This document shows positions 59,597 through 64,000 of a DNA stretch of 64,000 nt, in pieces. The stretch lies in NCBI GenBank assembly GCA_963666985.2, contig CAXXIA010000002.1:2496001-2560000 (forward strand). Reading direction: 5' to 3'. The position numbers and the translations under genes are program-made. The first letter of the stretch is position 1. The number at the start of each line of letters is the position of its first letter. The stretch is from Spirochaetia bacterium. GTDB taxonomy: Bacteria > Spirochaetota > Spirochaetia > DSM-2461. Under the pieces are notes generated by a model that was given only the letters and a program-made list of their open reading frames with translations, was not told the origin of the DNA and made no database searches.

Positions 59597-59998
59597 TTAC
59601 TCGGAGGCCGCAGCAATCGTCATCTGCTGGATGTTGACGTTGAACTCCACGTAATCCCCGGCCACACCGTCCTGCTCGAACTGACCGAAAACCTTGTAGG
59701 TTCCCGCATCTTCCGGAAGAGCGACCATCGCTCCGGTGGCATCGGCCACATAGCCGAAATCACCGGCGGAAACGGCTCCGCCTGCAAGTACCTTGGCCGG
59801 TCCCATACGAGTTATGGGAGCCGAATCCTCAGTGTTCGGATTATCATGAATAAACTCATAATCCGCGTCGTACACACCGGCAGGGACACCGGCCCCGGCG
59901 TCTCCGGGCAGATCAACCAGGCCTTCTTCCGAACCGAAAACCACAGCCACTCCGGGCTCAAGATCAGACTCATATCGCATACTTTTCACATTGCGCAT
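59597..59998 (-). CDS. Capsid decoration/cement protein (DUF2190-like)
   Basis: ATG 59998 after GGAAGAG; VLAGGAVSAGD...ADATG. Confidence 0.65.
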   Translation of the reverse strand: MRNVKSMRYESDLEPGVAVVFGSEEGLVDLPGDAGAGVPAGVYDADYEFIHDNPNTEDSAPITRMGPAKVLAGGAVSAGDFGYVADATGAMVALPEDAGTYKVFGQFEQDGVAGDYVEFNVNIQQMTIAAASE

Positions 59999-60011
59999 TC
60001 TTCTCTTCCTC

Positions 60012-61097
60012 CTACAGAATGACCGCGCCCGAATCGTCGCCTTCAAAAAGAGCAGGCTCGGCCTGATACAGCTGGCTGGCGGCATCTTCGTAGTCGATGC
60101 CCTTCTCCCGTGCGAAAGCCTGAATCCTCTGAACAAGGCCTCCGGAGAACTTCTTTTCTCCGGCACCGGCGGCTTTATGATCTGTACCGAGAGAGACAAC
60201 CGGAGCCGCGCCCTCCAGGGACGTAAAAAGAACCTCTCTGGATCTTTCTTCCATCTCAGTTACATCTTTTTCCAACTTGGCAAACTGGGCCGGGGTGATT
60301 TTTCCCTCATCCCGAAGCTTTATCAGCTTCTCTTTCGTTTCCCGATCAACCGCTTCTTTTTCAAAACCGGCAACCTTATCACCCAGGGCCTTGTTTTGAA
60401 CCTGAAGGGCCGCGTTTTGAGTTTTTAAGGTCTCAAACTCCTTCTTTTCCTCTTCCGTCATAGGCTCCTCTTCTTCTTCAGGCCCTTGGGGACCTTCAGG
60501 ATTATTTCCATCGGCCACCCTTTGGCCGGTATGGGCATCAATTGTTTGCGGCGCTGGGCCGGGCTTGGAACTTGCCGCACAGAAGTTCACCAGATCCTCA
60601 ACGGCCTCATTGCTGATCGGACCAAACCAGGAGAACGTCTTCTCTTCTTCCGGTGTCCTCTTGGAGAAAAGCGAAATCACCGTTTTGAAGAAGGATGGCA
60701 CCCTGGCGGCGGGGACTGCCGGAATGGATCGACCCAAAAAGGCCACCCGCCAGAGATAAGGTTCCGCTCGGTCTTCACCCTTCATTTCATCGAAAGGCAT
60801 GATTTCACTTGAGATGTATTTCAGGTTCTTGTTGATGATCCAGCTTCGAAGCTGGGGAGAGATTTCTTCATTGGGGATGTCGGCCCAGACATTACCGAAC
60901 TCATCCATGGATAAAGATTCAACCCAGCAATAGGCCAGTTCGTTTTCAATCCGCTCGGTAAAGTTTTCAATATGGCCTACCACGCCGGGAGCCTGAACGA
61001 ACCCAATCGGATCATAGACGTCCACAAGCTTTTTGACGCGCGGAAGCGGCCAGCTCCCTTGAGGATATTCACCGACCTGAAAGACCTTGATAATCAT
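60012..61097 (-). CDS. Prohead protease/scaffold (Mu gpI-like)
   Basis: VVGH, YISSE, VAFLGRSIPAV, then an acidic linker and coiled-coil scaffold. Confidence 0.8.
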   Translation of the reverse strand: MIIKVFQVGEYPQGSWPLPRVKKLVDVYDPIGFVQAPGVVGHIENFTERIENELAYCWVESLSMDEFGNVWADIPNEEISPQLRSWIINKNLKYISSEIMPFDEMKGEDRAEPYLWRVAFLGRSIPAVPAARVPSFFKTVISLFSKRTPEEEKTFSWFGPISNEAVEDLVNFCAASSKPGPAPQTIDAHTGQRVADGNNPEGPQGPEEEEEPMTEEEKKEFETLKTQNAALQVQNKALGDKVAGFEKEAVDRETKEKLIKLRDEGKITPAQFAKLEKDVTEMEERSREVLFTSLEGAAPVVSLGTDHKAAGAGEKKFSGGLVQRIQAFAREKGIDYEDAASQLYQAEPALFEGDDSGAVIL

Positions 61098-61278
61098 GAG
61101 CGCATGATGCGGCGCATCACATGAAGTTATGAATTGAAATAATTCAAAATCTCATCCGATCCGGTACGGTGTAACCGACTTATGGATGGGAGGCTTTGGA
61201 TAGGGGCTTAAAATCCCACCAGCTGATTTAAATGGCGTTTAAATTCTTACTTCCCGTGAAAGACGGCAAGTTATAGGG

Positions 61279-61307
61279 AAAAAGAAAGCGGCCCCGTAGA
61301 GGGCCGT
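61279..61307 (-). terminator. Intrinsic terminator
   Basis: CGGCCC-loop-GGGCCG followed by TTTCTTTTT on the minus strand, right after a small ORF. Confidence 0.6.
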
Positions 61308-61432
61308 TATTGCGGTCGTTTATTCCGACTGCTTTGTACGGTGGTTTCCTCATCGCCGTCATCCGCTATTTTGAACAGACACCAAGCAAGAAACAGTACG
61401 ATGAAATAGATGATCAATCCGACTTTAATCAT
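61307..61432 (-). CDS. 41-aa single-pass membrane protein
   Basis: MIKVGLIIYFIVLFLAWCLFKIADDGDEETTVQSSRNKRPQ; ATGA overlap with the upstream stop. Confidence 0.5.
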   Translation of the reverse strand: MIKVGLIIYFIVLFLAWCLFKIADDGDEETTVQSSRNKRPQ

Positions 61433-61641
61433 ATCAACTCCAGTTGTCGAACTCTCTCTTCAAACATGGCCGTCAGGCTGACACTCTCGCCGTTCACCAA
61501 ACCGAAATACTCACCCGATGTCAGCACCGGTGATAAATTTCCTGAAAACACCGGAATAAGATTTCCGGTTTTGAGCCAATAAAAACGGGCGAGTATCCCT
61601 AAGATGGAGTAACCATACACCCATCGAAAAGGACACTGCCC

Positions 61642-62895
61642 GTGAAGCTCCAGGAGAAACGCATGCACCAGGCTCAAGTGCTGGCCAAGGAAGGGTACAA
61701 GCAGTACCGAATCGCCGAAATACTCGGCGTTACCGACCGAACGGTTCGAAATTACCTCAGCGGACACAGTCCCAAAATGAGCCCCAGGAAGAAACGGAAG
61801 AGCAAGCTCGACCACTTCAAATCCCATATTCGCAGTGTACTTGAGGAGGAACCGCTCTTCAATTGCGAGGTGCTTTATAAGAATCTTTGCGCCATGGGTT
61901 ACACCGGAGGAATCACCATCCTCCGTGATTTCGCCAAAGAGACCCGAGATGAGATTCAGAGAGAAGTAGTTCGCCGCTTCGAAACCCAGGCCGGCTACCA
62001 GGCACAGATGGACTGGAAGATATTGCCGAAGGAACACTGGCGAGGCGTCTACGCCTTCGTCATGGTCCTCGGCTACAGCCGGACTCCCTATGTGAGATTC
62101 ACCACCGATATGACCAGCGGCACACTGCTGGCCTGCCACCAGAAAGCCTTTGAGTATTTTGGCGGTGTTCCTCAGACTGTATTGTACGACAACATGAAAA
62201 CAGCATGGGTCCACGACGGAGAAGAGTGGAAGACCAACTCCCGGTTACTGGAGTTCGCTTCCTCCTACGGTTTCTCTCCAAGACGATGCGCCGTCAGGCG
62301 TCCCCAGACCAAAGGAAAAGTAGAGAGGTTCATCGACTACCTTTCGGGTAACTTCCTTTCTCAGGCACGGCGTAGTGGCCTGAAGACGATCGAAGAACTC
62401 AATGACGCCATTCTGCCCTGGCTGACTGAAGTTCAGCAGAAAGAGCTCCGGGACTACCAGGAAAGTCGTGCCCAGCGATATGAGGTGGAGAAATCCTTCC
62501 TGCAACCGGCACCGCCAGAGGGAGCTTTTGACTACCGTGACAGCATTCAGCTCATTGTCAGTCGAGAAGGCTCAGTCACCTACAAGACTAACAAGTACAG
62601 CGTGCCGCCTGTATTGGTTGGTAAGAAGCTGACGCTGAAAATCGATGCGCTTTCCATGCAGGGGGAAATCCTCAATGGGAAGGTTTCCATACGGCTATTC
62701 AATCTCCTTCCAGCTGGCTCCCGGCAGAAGGATATCCGCAATGAAGATCGGGAAGCACTCTTTACCCTGTGGGAGAAGCAGCGTAAGAAGTCGGCGAAAA
62801 AACCAGTCCGGAAGCAACAAGATGAGCAGACCATCGTCGATATCAGAAATCCTGCCTACTATGAGCGCTTTGTCGCTGTGGGAGTCTCGGTATGA
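61642..62895 (+). CDS. istA: IS21 transposase IstA
   Basis: N-terminal HTH, RFET...QMDW, YDNMKT, PQTKGKVER. Confidence 0.95.
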   Translation: MKLQEKRMHQAQVLAKEGYKQYRIAEILGVTDRTVRNYLSGHSPKMSPRKKRKSKLDHFKSHIRSVLEEEPLFNCEVLYKNLCAMGYTGGITILRDFAKETRDEIQREVVRRFETQAGYQAQMDWKILPKEHWRGVYAFVMVLGYSRTPYVRFTTDMTSGTLLACHQKAFEYFGGVPQTVLYDNMKTAWVHDGEEWKTNSRLLEFASSYGFSPRRCAVRRPQTKGKVERFIDYLSGNFLSQARRSGLKTIEELNDAILPWLTEVQQKELRDYQESRAQRYEVEKSFLQPAPPEGAFDYRDSIQLIVSREGSVTYKTNKYSVPPVLVGKKLTLKIDALSMQGEILNGKVSIRLFNLLPAGSRQKDIRNEDREALFTLWEKQRKKSAKKPVRKQQDEQTIVDIRNPAYYERFVAVGVSV

Positions 62896-63656
62896 ATATC
62901 AAACTTGAGACCGTCACCGAGAGAATGAATTCGCTGGGTATGAGTTTCATGTCCGCAGGACTGGAATCCTTCCTGGCAGAACCCCGCCGGCAGGAACAGA
63001 CGGTACTGGATATCGTTGCCGACTTGATGGAACTTGAATACATCCCCCGTAAAGAACGGAGCGCCAAGAGCCGCTTGAAGCTTTCAGGAATGCCGGCAGT
63101 GAAAAGGCTGGAAGACTTCGACAGGGGGTGGCTCAAAGGTGGTATCACCAACCGCCAGTTTGACGAGCTCTCCTCTCTGGCCTTCATCGAGCGAAAGGAG
63201 AACGTCATTCTCATGGGTCCCAGCGGCCTGGGAAAATCTCATCTGATGCTGGCCCTGGGGCACAAGGCCTGCATGGAGGGATTCACCACCTACCATACCA
63301 CCTGCATCGACCTCATTGAGAACCTGGTTCTTGCCCGAGAGAACAACCGGCTCAAGCGTCGGCTGGTATGGCTCCGAAAACCGCACCTGCTTCTCATCGA
63401 TGAAGTCGGTTACGAGAAGCTGACACCCGAACAGGCTAATCTTTTCTTCCAGGTTGTGAATGCCCGGTATGAACAGGGGAGTATGATCATTACGACGAAC
63501 AAGCCATTTGGCAGATGGGCGGAGATAATGAGTGATGAGGCTGTTGCCAGTGCAACCCTGGACCGTCTGCTTCACCATGCTCATATCCTGAGTCTTCAAG
63601 GAGACTCGTACCGAATGAAGGATCGGTTGAAAGCGGGAGTCGTTGACTTCCTTTGA
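62892..63656 (+). CDS. istB: IS21 helper ATPase IstB
   Basis: GPSGLGKSHL, LLIDEVGY, LDRLLHH, GDSYR. Confidence 0.95.
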   Translation: MNIKLETVTERMNSLGMSFMSAGLESFLAEPRRQEQTVLDIVADLMELEYIPRKERSAKSRLKLSGMPAVKRLEDFDRGWLKGGITNRQFDELSSLAFIERKENVILMGPSGLGKSHLMLALGHKACMEGFTTYHTTCIDLIENLVLARENNRLKRRLVWLRKPHLLLIDEVGYEKLTPEQANLFFQVVNARYEQGSMIITTNKPFGRWAEIMSDEAVASATLDRLLHHAHILSLQGDSYRMKDRLKAGVVDFL

Positions 63657-64000
63657 CGCCCAAAACCGGAAAAACTAAATCGGTGAAATCCGGAAATGTT
63701 TCGTCGGTGTTGACACCCGAGAGTTCTTCAAAATCGGCGAAGCTGTTTAAGGGATAGTCTTTCTGGAACTCATGCCAAGCTCTTAAAACTTTTTCCCCGC
63801 CATGCTCTTCGGCCAGCCGCACGGCAATCTCTTTCTCAAACTCTTCAAGCTCCCAGTCGAACGGCTCTTGAAGATGGCTAAAATATTCATCCCTCTTCAT
63901 AAAGGCCATCCACGAAAATCATGTTCAAAACACAGCCCCTTTTCCGGTGCTACCACGTACTCACCCGTCGGCTTTCCATACCCCGGTCGATGGGCCATAT

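Larger units (their letters stand above)
61519..63715 (+). mobile_element. IS21-family insertion sequence
   Basis: TGTCAGCACCG...CGGTGTTGACA imperfect inverted repeats; 5-bp target duplication CCCGA at 61514-61518 and 63716-63720. Confidence 0.93.
61429..63900 (-). pseudogene. Acidic 89-aa phage protein split by IS21
   Basis: Removing the IS and one CCCGA copy restores MKRDEY...EELSGEYFGLVNG...QLELI in frame. Confidence 0.7.
45203..64000 (-). mobile_element. Mu-like (transposable) myovirus prophage, late region; continues beyond the window
   Basis: TG terminus with tandem repeats, terminal methylase, baseplate J, sheath/tube, gp36- and gpG-like genes, capsid and protease, all on the minus strand. 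Confidence 0.88.

Noticed and set aside
61170..61177. TGTAACCG matching the first 8 nt of the prophage end
   Set aside because: Too short, and lacks the adjacent tandem sites; likely chance.
61429..62214. 261-aa minus-strand ORF, and the 139-aa ORF at 63490-63909
   Set aside because: Chimeras of the split phage gene halves with antisense IS21 sequence.
1..64000. CRISPR arrays, tRNA, rRNA, known riboswitches
   Set aside because: None recognised by eye; a covariance-model scan is needed to exclude small RNAs.

Overview
A 64-kb bacterial chromosomal window. Signal peptides such as ...LFAEGVQE, ...LSASGQDE and ...LFANGGGE suggest a free-living, probably anaerobic spirochaete (inference). Layout: (1) 1-15 kb, accessory genes including a vWA/XpaC/TelA operon, a secreted MTA/SAH nucleosidase, and a membrane 7TM-DISM-LuxR regulator with an exact 22-bp motif in front of two neighbouring genes. 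(2) 15-23 kb, a sigma54-driven sugar ABC operon with a perfect -24/-12 promoter and twin enhancer sites. It ends in an NtrC-type regulator and a soluble histidine kinase whose input domain is a complete sugar-ABC ATPase domain (NBD-PAS-HisKA-HATPase fusion). (3) An IS1182-family element. (4) 25-45 kb, a catabolic cluster around an uncharacterised glycyl radical enzyme: activase, LacI and DeoR regulators, two ABC importers (one with DUF2291), SDR, LsrF thiolase, class II aldolase/epimerase, xylulokinase-type kinase and ROK. Shared operator palindromes tie these units together. (5) From 45203 to the window end, the late half of a Mu-like (transposable) myovirus prophage inserted into the ROK gene, with a visible TG end and tandem transposase-type sites, a Dam-type methylase preceded by an antisense-like structured RNA, a -1 frameshifting tail chaperone and an IS21 insertion. 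Best candidates for undescribed biology are the ABC-ATPase-fused histidine kinase circuit and the GRE-LsrF pathway. All functional calls come from motif recognition by eye; no searches were run.
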